64,000 nucleotides of DNA from Salpingoeca rosetta. Taxonomy: Eukaryota; Protista; Choanoflagellata. The stretch's first letter is position 1, and each line of letters opens with the position of its first letter. Both the position numbers and the translations under genes were made by a program. Location of the stretch: positions 2,025,479 to 2,089,478 of the forward strand of contig JAWQFM010000003.1 in the NCBI GenBank assembly GCA_033442325.1. Direction: 5' to 3'. The notes below the pieces were generated by a model, which saw nothing but the letters and a program-made list of their open reading frames with translations, did not search any database and was not told where the DNA came from. Of this stretch, positions 14,776-29,380 are shown in pieces.

Positions 14776-15897
14776 GGGCCGCCATGTACGACGATCTTCC
14801 CAACCGCCAGCTGAAGGTCAAGGTGAGGTACACACGCGTGTATTTCCACACGCACAATATATCCTATGTGCGCCTGCAACAAGCACCTGCACACAACAAC
14901 GTGCTGACACCTAAACTACTGTTGCTGTTGTTATCCTTGAAGATTGCTGACCGCTCCGTTGTCAAGACAACCAACGCAGGTGTGTACGTGTATGTGAGAG
15001 TGTGTGAGAGAGAGTATAAGTGCTTGTGTGTGAGTGTGTGTGTGTGTGTTTGTGCGTGAAAGTATGATTGCTTGTGTGTCATCTGCAATCCGAAACGCTT
15101 GCATGCGTTGCCACTCACAATGTCACCCGTTGTGCTTCACATGTGTGTGTGTGCAGAGCGGGAGTGCACGGCGCCGGCCGGTCTCCAATCCGCCATTGAC
15201 GAACTCGTCAAGAAGTTCACGAGCGCGCGCAGCTTCGTCCGGTGTGTCTCTGTGTCTGTGTCTGCGTCTGTGTCTGTATCCATGTCTGTGTGTATGGAAG
15301 GCATCAAGAAATGCGTTGCCGAGTGACATTTGCTTGTGAATCAACGACCTTCCCTTCTCGCTTTGTATGTTCTTCTTCCACTCATCTTTGCTCACCCTCC
15401 ACCATCTTCGGCACGCTCCCATGCCTCCTAACCGCCTTCTCCAACGCAGCCCGTCCGGCACAGAGGATGTTGTGCGCGTGTACGCCGAGGCAGAGACGCG
15501 CGTATGTTGTCGTCGCCACATGGCTTGTGCACGTGTCCACGAATCATCAACATCAACGCCACGGAACTCTTCATGCTCTTGACACTCCTGTCTCGCCTCA
15601 CCCACCTCATTTCCCGCTCACCCATCTCGCCCATCTCACTCATCTCATCCTCACAATTGCCCTCCGACCCCCGCCTTCAACACGTTGTTCAGGAGCAAGC
15701 TGACACGCTGGCCTGGGCTGTTGCTGGCAAGGTGAGCCCTTTCCAGCATGCTGATACGGATGGTGCTTGTTGCAGTTGTGATTGCTGTCGTGTCTGCTCG
15801 CTCGCTCACTTTCATGTCCGCTGTCTGCTGTTTGCACCGTTATTCTCAGGTGTGGGACCTTGCAGGCGGCATTGGTGATCGCCCACATGCCCCATAA
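10054..15897 (+). CDS. PGM3: Phosphoacetylglucosamine mutase (PGM3/AGM1), multi-exon
   Basis: YGTAGFR; catalytic [24 protein letters not shown]; GRDTRGSG; DCANGVGA; metal loop FDGDADR; DGDRI; QTAYANG; [11 protein letters not shown]; VGDAISDML; [11 protein letters not shown]; [19 protein letters not shown]. Ends [15 protein letters not shown] (TAA 15895-15897). Confidence 0.97.
12375..12464 (+). repeat. 45-bp tandem duplication spanning a PGM3 exon/intron boundary
   Basis: CTCCATGCTCAAG|GTGTGGCAAGGCAGCGGRGCGCACCACGCYGC is present twice, starting at 12375 and 12420. Confidence 0.9.
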
Positions 15898-16430
15898 GCA
15901 CACACGCACACGCACGCGCACACGCACACGCACACGCACACACACGCGCGCGCACACACGCACATGCACGCACACTCTTTCCCTTTTGTGTGGTGTCACT
16001 GATGTTACGTTCTCTTCAAGGCACGCACTGCTTGGGCGAGTGCACGTGATGTTGTGTCTGGTATTGAGTGTGGTGGTGAACATGCCGACAACGATGAACA
16101 GACACGACGGAACTGCAATGAATCCACCGAGGTCCATATGAGCAACACCAGACGTCGCGGAACGAGAAAGGGACAGGGAGGAGCGAATCCGATAACAGCG
16201 GATGAAACGAAAGCGACAGAAAAGGGAACAAACAAACCAACACTTGCAAGCACGACAACAACATCCTTCAAGCTATTCGCTCATTACCGCGCACACGCAC
16301 AGAGAACACTCACTCTCTCACTCACACACAACTCACTCACTCATACACACACAACGCGCAACACACACACACACCATGCAACACACTCATTCACTCACTC
16401 GCCTACGCCCACGCGTCCTTCCGCCGGGAG

Positions 16431-17807
16431 TTAGGCGTCTGTCTCTGGGCGCACATCTGCCACCTCCGCGTACCCGCCACTGTCAGCAGACCGCATGTCC
16501 CCCGCCTGCATGTAGCCCTCCTCCCGCACATTCGCCACCTCCGCGTACCCGCCATCGCCCGGTGCCCCGTGTCTCACCTCTCCCACGTCCATGTACCCCG
16601 TGTCTCCACTCGTGGCGTTGCCTGCACGCACGTCACTGATCTCCGCATAGCCGCCATCCGCTGGGCCCGTGCTCCTTGCATCAGCAACGTCCATGTACCC
16701 GGTGTCCACTGTGCTCTCGCTCCGCACCTCTCCCACATCCATGTACCCCGTATCCACTGTACCACCGCTGGTGGTGTGGGATGCTGTTGCAGCTGTGTCT
16801 GCCACGTCCATGTACCCCGTGTCCACGCTGCCTGACGCCTTCCTGCTGCCTGGCGCCGTCTCGGGCGCATCGTCCATCTGCCGCATCGCCTTGATGTCCG
16901 CCAGCGAGATGTACGGGTCCTCCGGGTCGTCCAACGCAAGGTCCATGTTGTCGTAGTCTTCCCTGTCGTACCCGTCATCGTCGTCGTCGTCGTCGTCGCC
17001 GCCCTCAAATATGGTGTCGAGAGCGGTGCCGTCCTCCAATCGGCTCTTGAGCCCCGACGCCTCGTGCTCGAGCTCCTGCAGCATCGTCTCCAGATTCGCC
17101 TCTGCGTCCTGCTCGTCGTCGGCCTCGTCGCTCGACTCCACGCCCTCCAGCCCCTCCAGGCCCTCTGCTGCAGCGCCGATGAGGCGTGGCTGCCACACCG
17201 CATCTGGCGGGCACCTGAACGGCTCCCCCGACGACACAACCAGCACGTCGTCGTCGTTGACAAAGCCAATGTCCTTGATCTGGGTCCCATCTGGTGCGAA
17301 GACGGCGCCGACTGGGAAGCCCATAGCGTCCGAGGCAACGATGCGCAGCTTGTCAAAGCTGGTGGGCAGCTCGAGCACTTTCCCGCCGGCGCGCTTGCCG
17401 TTGGGGAACACGGTCACGCGATACATGATGTCCTCGTCTTGTGTTTTGGGGACTGCTGACCAGCGCCGCCGACCTTCCCACGACAGCGCAATCTCCTCCG
17501 CGGTGGTGACGGGCACACCCTTGGGCACAACGGAGCGGAGCGCCTGCAGCCATGCCTCCAGGTCCTCTTTGGTTTGTGCAAACACGTAGAGGGATTTGTT
17601 GGACGTGAAGACGCCGAAACACAGGTGCGGGTTTGCGCCAGAGTACCATGAGATCTTGCATCGGCCGCCTGGCGCCACCTGCGTGCACCGTGTCAGATCA
17701 AGGCGACCAGCCTAGTGGGTGGAAGTGGAGGTGGAGGTGGAGGTGGAGGAGAAGGTGGAGGGGAAGGTGGAGGAGAAGGTGGAGGAGAAGTGGGTGCGTG
17801 GGTGTGG

Positions 17808-17848
<41 letters not shown>

Positions 17849-18201
17849 TGAGTGTTTGTGCGTGTGTGTGTTTGTGTGTGAGAGTATGTGATTAATGAAT
17901 AGGCACAAGGCATGATCAAAGGAAGAAACAAGTCTCCACCACGCAAACACGCAAGCACAAATGCGCACATCAAACACGCACATAGAACACTTACCAACCC
18001 ACAAACACGAACACACACACGAACACAAACACACACACACAGCACACAACAAACAACTCTTACCTCGTGTCTGTGTGAAGAGACGACAAAGTATCTTAAT
18101 TGCTTGTCATCTGTAAGTTCAAAGTGTCTGCGCTTCCAGTTCTTCCGGATGTGCCCACGCTTGGTCAGAAACCCGCTGAACAGCAGCCTCGGCTCAGACA
18201 T
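16431..18201 (-). CDS. PH domain + KHA(KCTD9-type)/DCX-like domain + tyrosine-motif repeat tail (putative docking/adaptor protein), 2 exons
   Basis: Exon 18201-18064 and exon 17711-16431. PH: FSGFLTKRGHIRKNWKRRHFEL..LRYF..AGRLDL..CFGVFT..YVFAQTKEDLEAWLQALR. KHA-like: YRVTVFPNG..GGKVLELPTSFDKL..ASDAMG..VFAPDGTQIKDIGFVNDDDVLVVSSGEPF. Tail: DTGYMDV x4, GGYAE[IV] x3, GYMQA. Confidence 0.8.
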
Positions 18202-18599
18202 GGTGCTATGGTGTGGTGTAGGGTGTGGGGTGGAGTTCAGCGAGTGGTGTTTGCTTTGCGCTCTGCCAGCCAAAATGGACTGCGCCTGAATTCAGTGGTT
18301 ATTGTGCTCGTGGAATCTTCGCCTCTGCCTGTGAGTGCCGCAAACTTTTTGAAATTGTGGCATTCACTTGTTCGGTTGTTCATCATCAGGCCTTCTTTCT
18401 AGGGCGCTGGCTGGTTGACTGACTGCATCCTTGCACCCGCACCCTCTCCTGCTGCACAGCAGATGGGAGCAAGGTGCAGCAGCGCACAGCACGCTCACGC
18501 TCTTCCAGCTCTTTGTGGTTGATCTCGCAGTCGCCATTTGTTGGCAAGCCCCTTTCCTTTCTTGCTTTGTTTTGGCGAGACGCTTCGAGTGGATGGAAG

Positions 18600-18681
18600 G
18601 GATGAATGAATACATAGATGAAGAGAATGAATGAAGGAATGAATGAAAGGATGAATGAATGAATGAATGAATGAATGAATG
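18600..18681. repeat. (ATGA)n tetranucleotide microsatellite
   Basis: Direct: GAATGAATGAATGAATG... Confidence 0.85.
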
Positions 18682-19012
18682 AGCGATCCACTCATCACAA
18701 TCAAAGGTGTAACACGCGACTGTCTGTCTTCTGTGCTGTTGCCGCTGGTGTACTGTCGTGGCACGTTGACGCAACGTTGACGCAACGTTGATCGTGGATG
18801 GAAAAAAATGTCTCTTACTGTTTTATTGAACTGCAAAACCGCGAAAGCGATACCGTGCGTGTCTGCTCTGGCTTGCAACACACCCCTCTCCCTCGCCGCC
18901 GAGAAGGCATGGACACTGGTCACACCTGTGATTGCAAGAAGCAAAGTTGGCAAAAGGCTTGATCGCTTTGAATTCGGTTCGTGTCTTTATTCTGTACAAG
19001 AGTGTGTGTGTA

Positions 19013-19116
<104 letters not shown>

Positions 19117-19297
19117 CGCGCACGCGCGTGTGTTTACATGAGTGCGTACAAGGCGCAGCCAAATATTAATTACTGTCAACAGCAGATCAAAGGAATGAAC
19201 AATCGTTGGCATGCATCGAGGGTGTCAGCGCCGCTGCTAGCGAATCGTGACCTCACGACAAGACGACCAAGGATACACCTGCCCGCCAGCCCACATC

Positions 19298-22200
19298 TCA
19301 CGGCAGCAGAGAGCCAGTGCTGGACGCCTTGGCGTGCATGGCAGCCTGGATGTGTGCCCGCAGTCGCTGTGCAAGCGTGTCCACACGGTCCACCCTCTCC
19401 AGGTACTTGTCGATTGCGGCGCTCGCCTCCTCCAAGTTGTCTGCAGGGCGACAGATGTGTGCACACGCATGTGGTTGGGTTGGTGTGAATGGAAGCCGCA
19501 AGATCAAGCATGTGGGGAGAAATATAGGCTGTGACATGAACACATATGACCGTTGACGGACGCACACACACACACGCACACACATGCACAGACAAACAGA
19601 CACCCCGCCCCCCCACACGCACACAGACAGACAAACGCGGCGTGCGCACCAAGCTTCTCGTGGGCAAGTGCGAGGTTGAAAAGCACATCCTCGTGGCAGT
19701 GTGGGGTTGCGGCTGCCCGCTTAAAGTCATCAAGCGCATCCGCCATCTCCCCAAGGCTCGCCTGCAGTATGCATACGTGGTTGCGTGGTTGCGCGTGTTT
19801 GTGTGCGCGCGTTGTGTAAATGGACAGTGTGACGTGCATCGAGGATGCGCATGTACTTCGCATTACACCCTCACCCACGGTAGACGAACACGCCCACACA
19901 TACACAGCATGCAGGTGTATACAGGCACACACACACACACACACACAAGCACGCACACACACACCTTGCAGATGCCACGGTTGTTGAACAAGTCATCATC
20001 GTCCTCCTCGCTCAGCTCGCACGCCTTGTCGTAGAGTGAAAGTGCCTGCCGCAGCTGTCGCTTGGCCAGCAGCACGTTTGCCAGGTTGTAGTATGCGAGC
20101 ACATATGTTGCGTCTGCGGCAATGGCGGCCCGGAAGTCCTCCACAGCCGGGCGACCCTGCTTTGAGTAAAGCAGCACAACACCGCGCGCGTTGTACAGTT
20201 TCGCTGCCGGGATGTGTGCAGGTTGTGAATGATAGAGAGGCGAAGTACAAGCGAGAACATGCGCGCGCGTATGTGTGCGTGTGTGAGGAGTTGGGAGGCA
20301 CACAAGGAGGAAACACGCAGACTCGGGCACAGGCACAAGCGCCCAGCGGCAGCCAGGCACACAGGCACACAGGCACACGCACAGAGCCACAGACAGACAG
20401 ACAGACAGACATACATACATACATACATACATACATACATACATACATTCATACATACATACAGACATACACACACACACACACAGACACACAGGCGTGA
20501 CACATGGTGGCACCTGTTGGGTGGACGGAGATGGCGTGAGACAGGTCTCGAAACGCATCGCCAAGCTGCTGCACCTGCAGAGAAACAACAGCGCGGGCCT
20601 CGAGCAGCACGCTGTTATGCGGCGCCCACGTGATGGCGTGCGAAAGCACCACATACGCCTGCTTCAGGTGGCCAGAGGTTTGCATGCTGCAGTACAAGAC
20701 CAAGGGCAGCAAGCAACGAGGGGGGAGGGAGAGAAAGGCATGGTTGAGCGTGGTGTCATTCAAGTGCTGATGCAACCAAAGGCCATGGAAGGAAGCACCA
20801 GCAACCAAAGTACAAAATGTAACAAAGCAGCAGACCACAACACCATACAACGCAGCAACACAGCACACCACGCAACGCAATGCACGAAGCACACCACACA
20901 AAGCCCCGCCCCCCCCACCTGACTGCGAGGTTGTGGTATGCGGGGGTGAAGCGTGGATCGATGTGGATGGCGCGGAGGAAGTCGCGTTTGGACAGGCGAC
21001 GTGACCGCTCCGTGTTCATGTCCAGCAACGCATTGCCGCGCCCAAGATACGCTTGCACAAACTGACCATGTGCGTGCGGGTGCGTTGATATGCGCGTATG
21101 TTCACGTGAGCGATAGAGAGTGAGAAGTGGGTGTGAACAACGAGACACCAAGCAAACAGGTAACGGAATGATGGTGATTGGTTGATTGATTAGTTGGTTG
21201 GTTGGTTGGTTGGTTGATTGATTGATTGGTTGATAATGATGATGAAAGGTCCTGTGAACTCACGTGATGGTCGAGGTCGATGGCGCGGCTGTAGTACTCG
21301 ATTGAGTTGAGATAGTCCCGGCTGGTGCATGCGCGTCGTTTGAATACGGGCAAGGGAAACAAGATGAGAGGCTGCAGCCTGCATACAGTGAAACATACAC
21401 ACACACAGACACACACAGGCACAGACAGACAGACACTCACACATACACACACACACACAGACGGACACACACATACAACACACATACACACACACACACA
21501 GAGCTCTCACTTTCTGTAGAAGCACAGGGCGGTTGTGTGCAACAGGAGCGGGTTTGACGCGTTCTCTGGCGAGCGCTCCAACAACTCGAGCAAATCGCAC
21601 AGCGCAGCGAGATTTGACCCCATACTCATGTACGCAAGCGCCCTGTTCAGCAGCACTTGCTCCCGGTAGCCTGTCATGATGGCACGGAGGAGAAACGGTT
21701 GGGGGGGGGGGGTGGGTTGGACGAGAAAGCCATTGAGCTTATCGTGTGCAAGGTGGTGTTCCTTCACCAACGCTAGTCCAACCAGCACACATACACAACT
21801 CACAACGCACAGCCCACGCACCCACCCACACCTACACACCCACCCACACCTACACCCACACCCACCCCCACAGACAGCACACCCCCACTCGCACGCACAC
21901 ACAGACAGCGCACCTTCTCCCTTGTCGTAGAGGAGGACGGTACTGTAGTCGCTGACGGCGTTGTTGTACTGCCCGAGCATGTGGTGCCCAACACCGCGGT
22001 TGAAGAATGCGAGCGGGTTCCCTGGGTCCCTCTCTGTGGCGTCCGTCAGATCGCGTACACCAAGCTCAAGCGTCTTGTTGAGGAGTTTCAGGCACCCGCG
22101 CATGATGAGCGCACGTGTGCTGCTGGGCTCAATGCGGAGGGCCTGGAGAGGGGAAGAGGGGTAAGGGGGGGGGCAGGTCGAAAGGAAGAGCGGGTATTGC

Positions 22201-22303
22201 GAGCATGGGTGACTTGGTGAGGGAATGGCAATAGCCACAGCAACAACAATAACAACTGAAGCACAGCAACAGCAACTTCAAGGGCACTGGCCGCAATGCC
22301 ACG

Positions 22304-22384
<81 letters not shown>

Positions 22385-23512
22385 ACGTTGTTGCAATCGA
22401 GGATGGCCTTTGGGAACCTGGACTGTCCTGCAAAGTAGGCAGCGCGCGTCAGGAACCCTTGCCACAGGGACGGGTCTTTCTCCAGTGCTCGATTCACGTC
22501 AGGCAGCACGCGCGGCAGGCCGAGCTTCAGTTTGCACTTGGCCCGCTGTCAAGTGCATGTGTGTGCGTGATTAGTTCGTGGGTGGGCAACGAAGCAAACG
22601 CCAACGAAGGACAAAGCATGGAAAGGGAAGTACAGTATGCACACACAGATGCACAGACACAGAGACATACACACATACGCAAACGCACACACAGACACAG
22701 ACACAAACACACACACACACACACCTCAAACAGGGCGAGCGAGTGTGTGTTATCCATCGACACGGCTTGGTTAAACACGTTGAGCGCGAGTTTGTCGTCG
22801 CCAAGCTTGAGGCAGCACAGGCCGAGGTTGTAGTACACATCCGCACTGCAGGTGACAGCACAGCACATGCGCGTGAGATGCAGGCGTGTATGAGAGTGTG
22901 CACGTGCACACGTGCGTGTGGACGCAAACAGATATAGACACAAGGCAACGTGTACACAGACACATACGCTCAAATCGCACTCTCACGCCGATACAGCCAA
23001 GGAGCACTGTACCAGCAACACCCATCACTCCCATGCTCACTATGATGCGCGCACCTTTCAGCACCGACTTCAACCATGTGCTGGAAGACGCTGACGGCCT
23101 CTTGCACGCGATTTGATTTGAGCAGCGCCCGACCCAGCGCAGGAAAGTACGTCTCGACAATCTAATCATTGGGGGAGGGGATGGTGATGGTGACGGTGAT
23201 GAGGGTGTGTCAGTTACACGTAGGGTTTGGCGTAGAGGACAAGGGCGCAAGCGTGTGCATGCACAGACAAATACTACAGTAGCACCACCACCACCAGCAC
23301 ACTCATCATCACCACGGCCGCTGCGTGCCTCACCCCTCCTTCGACGCGGTTGTCAGCCAAGTGCTCGGTGACGTTGGTGATGGCTGCAGTATTGCCGCTG
23401 CTCGGCCACACCGTCCTGCACAGCACCGCAATTGCCTCGTCCCGGTGGCCCAGGAAAATCTGCACATGTGTGCGTGTGCGCGTGCGCGTGCGTGTGTGTG
23501 TGTGCGTGGTGC

Positions 23513-23554
<42 letters not shown>

Positions 23555-23950
23555 TGTATGTGTTTGTGAGCGAATGGGTGTAGGCGTGTTTGCGCGCACG
23601 CGCGAAAATGTGAGTGAGAGAACATGTGTGTGTCTGTGCAAGCGTGCCCTTGTGCATGCGTGTGCATATCGCCCATGCCAGCCAACGTTGTCTGCGGAAC
23701 GCGAGGTAATAGTGCAAACAGCGTGCACGATAGACTCAAGAAGGGCAAACGCACATCGACGTCGGTCTGCAGCGAGGGCGTCTGGCCAAGATGGTCGCAC
23801 AGGCGCCGCGCACCGCTCAGCATCGCCTCTGCCTGGCGCGCAAGGCCCAGGCGAAGGGCAAGGCGGCCACACAACAGCCTTGAAGGAAGTAGGGGAGAGG
23901 GGGAGATGATGGCGGTGATGTTGTGAGAGCAAAGAGACGGAAGCAGAGGA

Positions 23951-23989
<39 letters not shown>

Positions 23990-24159
23990 GGGCATGCGCG
24001 CGTGTGCTCTTGCAGCGGTTGTCGTAACACACCACTCTCACCTGTATTTGATGTTGGTGGGGGCAATGTGGATCAACCGTGCATAGTCGTGCAACGCTCG
24101 AAAGAGGGTCTGGTCAGAATAGTCTGGCAGGGCCAGTCAACAATTCAGCAGAACAGCAA

Positions 24160-24247
<88 letters not shown>

Positions 24248-24353
24248 GTGAGCGAAGCTGGCGCTCATGTACGCAAACAGTAATCAGAAACCACACACGA
24301 AGGCTCACTTGCCACAACATACGACATCCCAGAACATCTCAGTTGCACCACAG

Positions 24354-24385
<32 letters not shown>

Positions 24386-27300
24386 AGACACAGACAGACA
24401 CACACACAAACACACACACATGTGGGAGCTGACCTGTCTCGAATGCCCTGCTCTGCTTGTCGAGTTCAAGGTAGCACTCTGCACGGGCGAGGATGGCATC
24501 TTCACAGCTCGGGTCAGCGCCCAGCGCTTTGGTAAAGTACTTGATGGCAGTCGCATACTTGCCCAGCTGCCGCAGATTCAGCAGCCCGAGTTGGCACAGC
24601 ACTGCCGGAGAGCGGAAGAGGGGGGGCAGGGTGGAGTGTGGTGTGAGAGGAGAAGAAAAGAAGGGATACGTTTTGGAGCGAGCCCGAAAATTGGAGATAC
24701 ACACACGCAAACATCACCAAGAAACACGCACAGACACACAGACAAACACGCACGACACAGACACACACAGACACACACACACGCACATACACACACACAC
24801 CTGCGACGAGAGTCTTTGTGGGATGGCCAAGTTTGAGGCATTGCAACTCTTCACTGGCGAGACAGGCGAGCAGATCAGGCAGGGCCTCCTTGTGCTGGAA
24901 CAGCATCGCGTACAGCATACCGCGACGCAGGTACGCCTCGGTGGAGAGCTCGTGACTCGCATCAATGAGCAGCGCAATGCTCAGGTCCTTGATGGCGCGG
25001 CGCGGGTGTGCCCTGGAGAGCATGAGCGCGCGGTTGAAGTACGCGCGCTTGTTGTTCGGTTCGAGATGGATGCATTGCGTGATGTCACGCAGCGCTGACA
25101 CGTGGTCGCCGCTGTGTGAGTTTGCCATTGCGCGCTGGAAGTAGAGGTGGGAGTCGTAAGGCATGGCCACAATGAGAGCGGTGAGGTGCTTGATGCTCTG
25201 GCGGTAGCTGCCCCTGTTAAACAGCACCTCCGCATACTTGCGGCGGGCCATGAGGTGGTCTGGATCAATCTCAAGCACCATCAGAAGATCAGATGCCGCC
25301 TGCTGCATGTCTCCATGCTCCTCCTGCTCGCGCGTGCGTGTGTGTGCAGCATGCGTGGATGTTTCGTGGGTGCATGGGTGGGACCTCGTGAGCGCAAGCA
25401 GGTCTTGCTTGACATCCACTCCACGCTACACAGGCAAAACGACGAAGTCGTAGATGGAGCCACAGATAAACAGACGCATACACAGGCAGACAGACGCACA
25501 CACGCGAGGGCTGCGACCTACTTCAAGCATGGCCTTCATGTAGTACGCGTCGGCGTCCTGCCCATTGTAGATGATGGCCATCTGGAACAACAACAAGACC
25601 AACAACGATAACAGAAGCAGCAGGAGGAGGAGGAAGAGGAGGAGGAGGGGGTGGAGGAGGAGGAGGGGGTGGTGGTGGTGGTGGTGGTGGTGCAGGGATG
25701 AACACGATGGGATGGGATGAGTCGAGTGAGTCACAACATCATGAGTCCTCAACACTGTTAATCATGCATGGTTAATTGCCGGCCAAAGTGCGAAAACAGT
25801 GCGTGCACCTGCAGTGCGGAGATGGTGTCTGTCTCCTTGCCCGTCGTGTCCTTCAACAGATGTGCGCGTGCGCGGTAAAAGCGATACTCGGGCTGCAGGC
25901 GAATGCACTGGTCAATCACCTCAAGTCCAGAGTGGGTGTTGCCCACAATTGCGTATGCCATAAACAGCTGCACCGTGCGTAAGCGTGTTGTGAGTCAAGC
26001 GGAGAAGGTGAGAGCAACGCGCAGGAGAAACACTCAGATGTGCCTGTGCATGCAAACACCCTTGCACGCACAGCTGGTCGGCCCAAGGACAACAGTGTCA
26101 CCGGTAAGAACAGCAACAAGTACAAGAACAAGAACAAGAACAAGAACAAGAGCAAGAGCAAGAGCAAGAACAAGAACAAGAACAAAAAAAAGAACAAGTA
26201 CAAGAACAAGAACATCACCCCTACAGCCATGACGCACCAGCCAGCGCGCGTGGACATTTCTTGGGCTCTGGCTGACGGCGCCCTGCAGGAAACCGAGAGC
26301 CGCATCCGGTCGCGCAAGGTGAAGCGACGTCTCTCCTGTGATGGCGACGTTGGTGATGTTGGTGGTGATAAGGATGAGGGTAAAGAAATGGGGGGGAGGG
26401 ATGGAAACGGGTGAGCCTGGCATCACCTCAGAGCAAGAATACACAGATTCAAACGAGCTACAAACCATGTGTATGGGTATGAGTTTGTGTATGTGTATGA
26501 GAGAGAGTGTGTGTGATACGAACCGAGCTTGATGAGTAGGGTTGTCTGCTCCTCCTCTGACGGACTGTTCTCAGACTGCGCCTGCATGTATTTTGCCATT
26601 AAAGCTTCGTGCTCTTTCCGCAGTGTAGCTTCCTCCTCCGTCTCCTCTGTTGAATACATGTGCGTGCGTGTGTGTGTTTGGTTGTGTGTGTGTGTTTGGT
26701 TGTGTGAGTGAGTGAGTGAGTGAGTGAGTGAGTGAGTGAGTGAGTGAGTGAGTGAGTGAGTGAGTGTGTGAGTGAGTGAGTGAGTGAGTGAGTGAGTGTG
26801 TGTGTGTGTGTCAGGTGCAGCGGCGACGGCGCCGTTAACGAGCGTGCGATGTGCATGTATCAAAGCGCACCCCCTCCCCCAACTCACGCCCAAAAGCAAA
26901 CTGGTGAGCACTGCACCTGGATCAGCGCCGGACTGGAGGAGGTCGCGTTGCTTCGACGTCTTCTCGATAAAGGCGAGCGTGGCATAAAACTCCTTTGTCT
27001 GCACGTGCACGCACAAGGTCAACCAAAACAAACAATTGAGTCGTTGTTGATGTGAGGGAAGGCCGTATGCATGTGAGCAATTGCGTGTCTTCCTTCCACT
27101 GTGTGGGAAGAAACAAAATCCCACTCGCGTGACCAAGTAGGAGCAACAGCGCACGCGTCTGCGTCACATGTGTTCAGGGTGCTCACCTGCCGAACACTGG
27201 CAGCAATCTTGTCTGCATTCACGTCTGTGTTTGATTCCCGCTTTGTCGCTGTAGGGACATGTTCACGTGGTATGGGTGAGTGCTTGTGTTGAAGAATGTC

Positions 27301-27929
27301 ACATGCAAAACCTGAAAACAAAACAATCCGATGCCTTCATGTGCACACGACATTGTCTGCGCTGCACACACACACACGCACACGCACACACACACACGCA
27401 CACACACATGCACGTACGTGTTGGCGTTGTGACGCGGGCGGAACGCTCGTCCTCCAATGACTCATCAGCATCACCGCCGGTGGTCGTGTCCGGGTTTTTC
27501 GCTGCGCTGCTGCTGCTGTGCTGCGGCGGCGAAGTGGATGTCTGGTCCGATGCTGCCGTTGTCCGCGATCGGCTCCTCTCCAGCATGGAGCGAACCGCCT
27601 CCAGACGCGACTTGGACTCGCGGTCCACAACTGCATCGGGTGTGGTGTGTGTGGTGTGTGTGTGTGTTCGAACAAACGAGAAGTGAGACACAGTGCATGC
27701 AGTTTGGAAGCGCGCAGCACCGCTCAGGTCCTGTGCCTTTTTCAGCGTTCACCCAGGTCTGCTCCAGCACCGATACCATCGCCCCTGTGTGACTCACCCC
27801 GCGTGTGTTTGTCGCTGAGAGCATCCGATGACGAGCGCGCCACCGACAGCAGCGACGAACCAGACGAACGGCCAAGCTGCGGTTGTGGGCACGGGTGTAT
27901 GTGCATGTGTGTGTGTATGTGCATGTGTG

Positions 27930-27977
<48 letters not shown>

Positions 27978-29342
27978 CACGTGCATGCAAAGCGTGCGGG
28001 GGGGGGTACATGTGTGCACATGTGTCAGCGAGAACCAAGTTTGCTGACAGCGCGCATCAACGACGAAGATAGCCATGAGAACGAACGAACACACGCCCAC
28101 ACACACCCTCACACAACGCCCACACACATACATACACACACACATGCACGCACAAACCAACCGTCTGTGTGGCTGTGAGGAGCGAGGATCCCGGGAGCTG
28201 TCCCGCCCACGTGCTGTCGTCGATTTCGGGCTCGAGGGCGCCCATCCTGCCCATGAAGACCGGAGCAACGGTCCGCACCACCTCCGCAGGCAAGTGCTGG
28301 TCCTTCGAGCGCGCAACACCTCTCGTCTTCAGCTGGCGATGGATGTGGATGTGGCGGTGGTGGAAGGAGATGCAAATTTACGACAGTAACGAGCAAATTG
28401 CAGTGCAGCGTTGTGAGCACACATGTGTGTGTACATGCGTGAGTGTACATGTGTGTGTGTGGATGTCTACTCTCCCTTTTCTGTGTGCCCTCTTCTCTGC
28501 ACGTCCTCGTTGACTCTCCCTTGTTCCCTTCCTTGGCACATGTACGCATGTGAACACCCACCCCTCGTTGGCGGAACGTTGAGTTGAATCCCTTCCTTCC
28601 TGTTGTGTCTGCGGGTTTCTGTGGCGCAAACGGCGGCTGGCTCTTCAGTGTGTGCGTATGGGTGTGTGTATGTGTGTGTTTGGATGCGTGCGTGTGTGTA
28701 TGTATGTGTGTGCATGCGTGCGTGTGTATGTGTGGTGTGTGAGGTGCAGCAAATCGTTTGGGCAGGGGCAAAGTGGGTTGGACTCACAAGCACACTTAAA
28801 CCAACCCACGACGGGCAAGCCCATGCACACACAAACACACACACACTCACGCTCACACCCACGACCACTCAAACTCACACCCACACCCCCACCCATCTGC
28901 ATCGACCAATCCCACGCATCCCATACACGAACACCAAGCACACCTGTTTCACGGGGCGGAGAGCGCCATCACCAATGTTGAGGTCGAGGTTGGTGACGGG
29001 CAGCGTGATGGTCTTCAGGACGGGCGCATGCGACGACGCAACATCGTCCCTGCCGAGATGCAATGACGCAAACGACGGCGACACGCCCATGCCCACAGCC
29101 TCCTTCATGCAGAACACGTGCATTGTCTGTGGGGACTTGGGCGGACTGCTGGTGCTGGTGTTGCGTGCCCTGGTGGCGTGGGGGACGGAGATGGCAACAT
29201 ACAATCGGCGTTACACATACAGCAGCAATAGAACAAAACTGCACGCATTCACGGAGTTGGTTCAAGCAAAGGCATGACAGACACGCAAAGACACAAAGAC
29301 AGACAGACAGACAGACAGGCAGAAAGGCAGATGGACGGACAC

Positions 29343-29380
<38 letters not shown>

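Noticed and set aside
16440-16830. Regularly spaced DNA repeats (ACGTCCATGTACCCCGTGTC) resembling a CRISPR array
   Set aside because: They are the coding repeats for the DTGYMDV motifs in a eukaryotic CDS; no cas genes are present.
18763-18791. 11-bp tandem repeat ACGTTGACGCA x2.6 with internal CAACGTTG palindromes
   Set aside because: Short, no spacers, probably slippage; no further support.
18364-18953. Short minus-strand ORFs between TTC6 and the PH-KHA gene (possible extra gene)
   Set aside because: No recognisable domain and no consistent exon chain; likely UTR or intergenic sequence.
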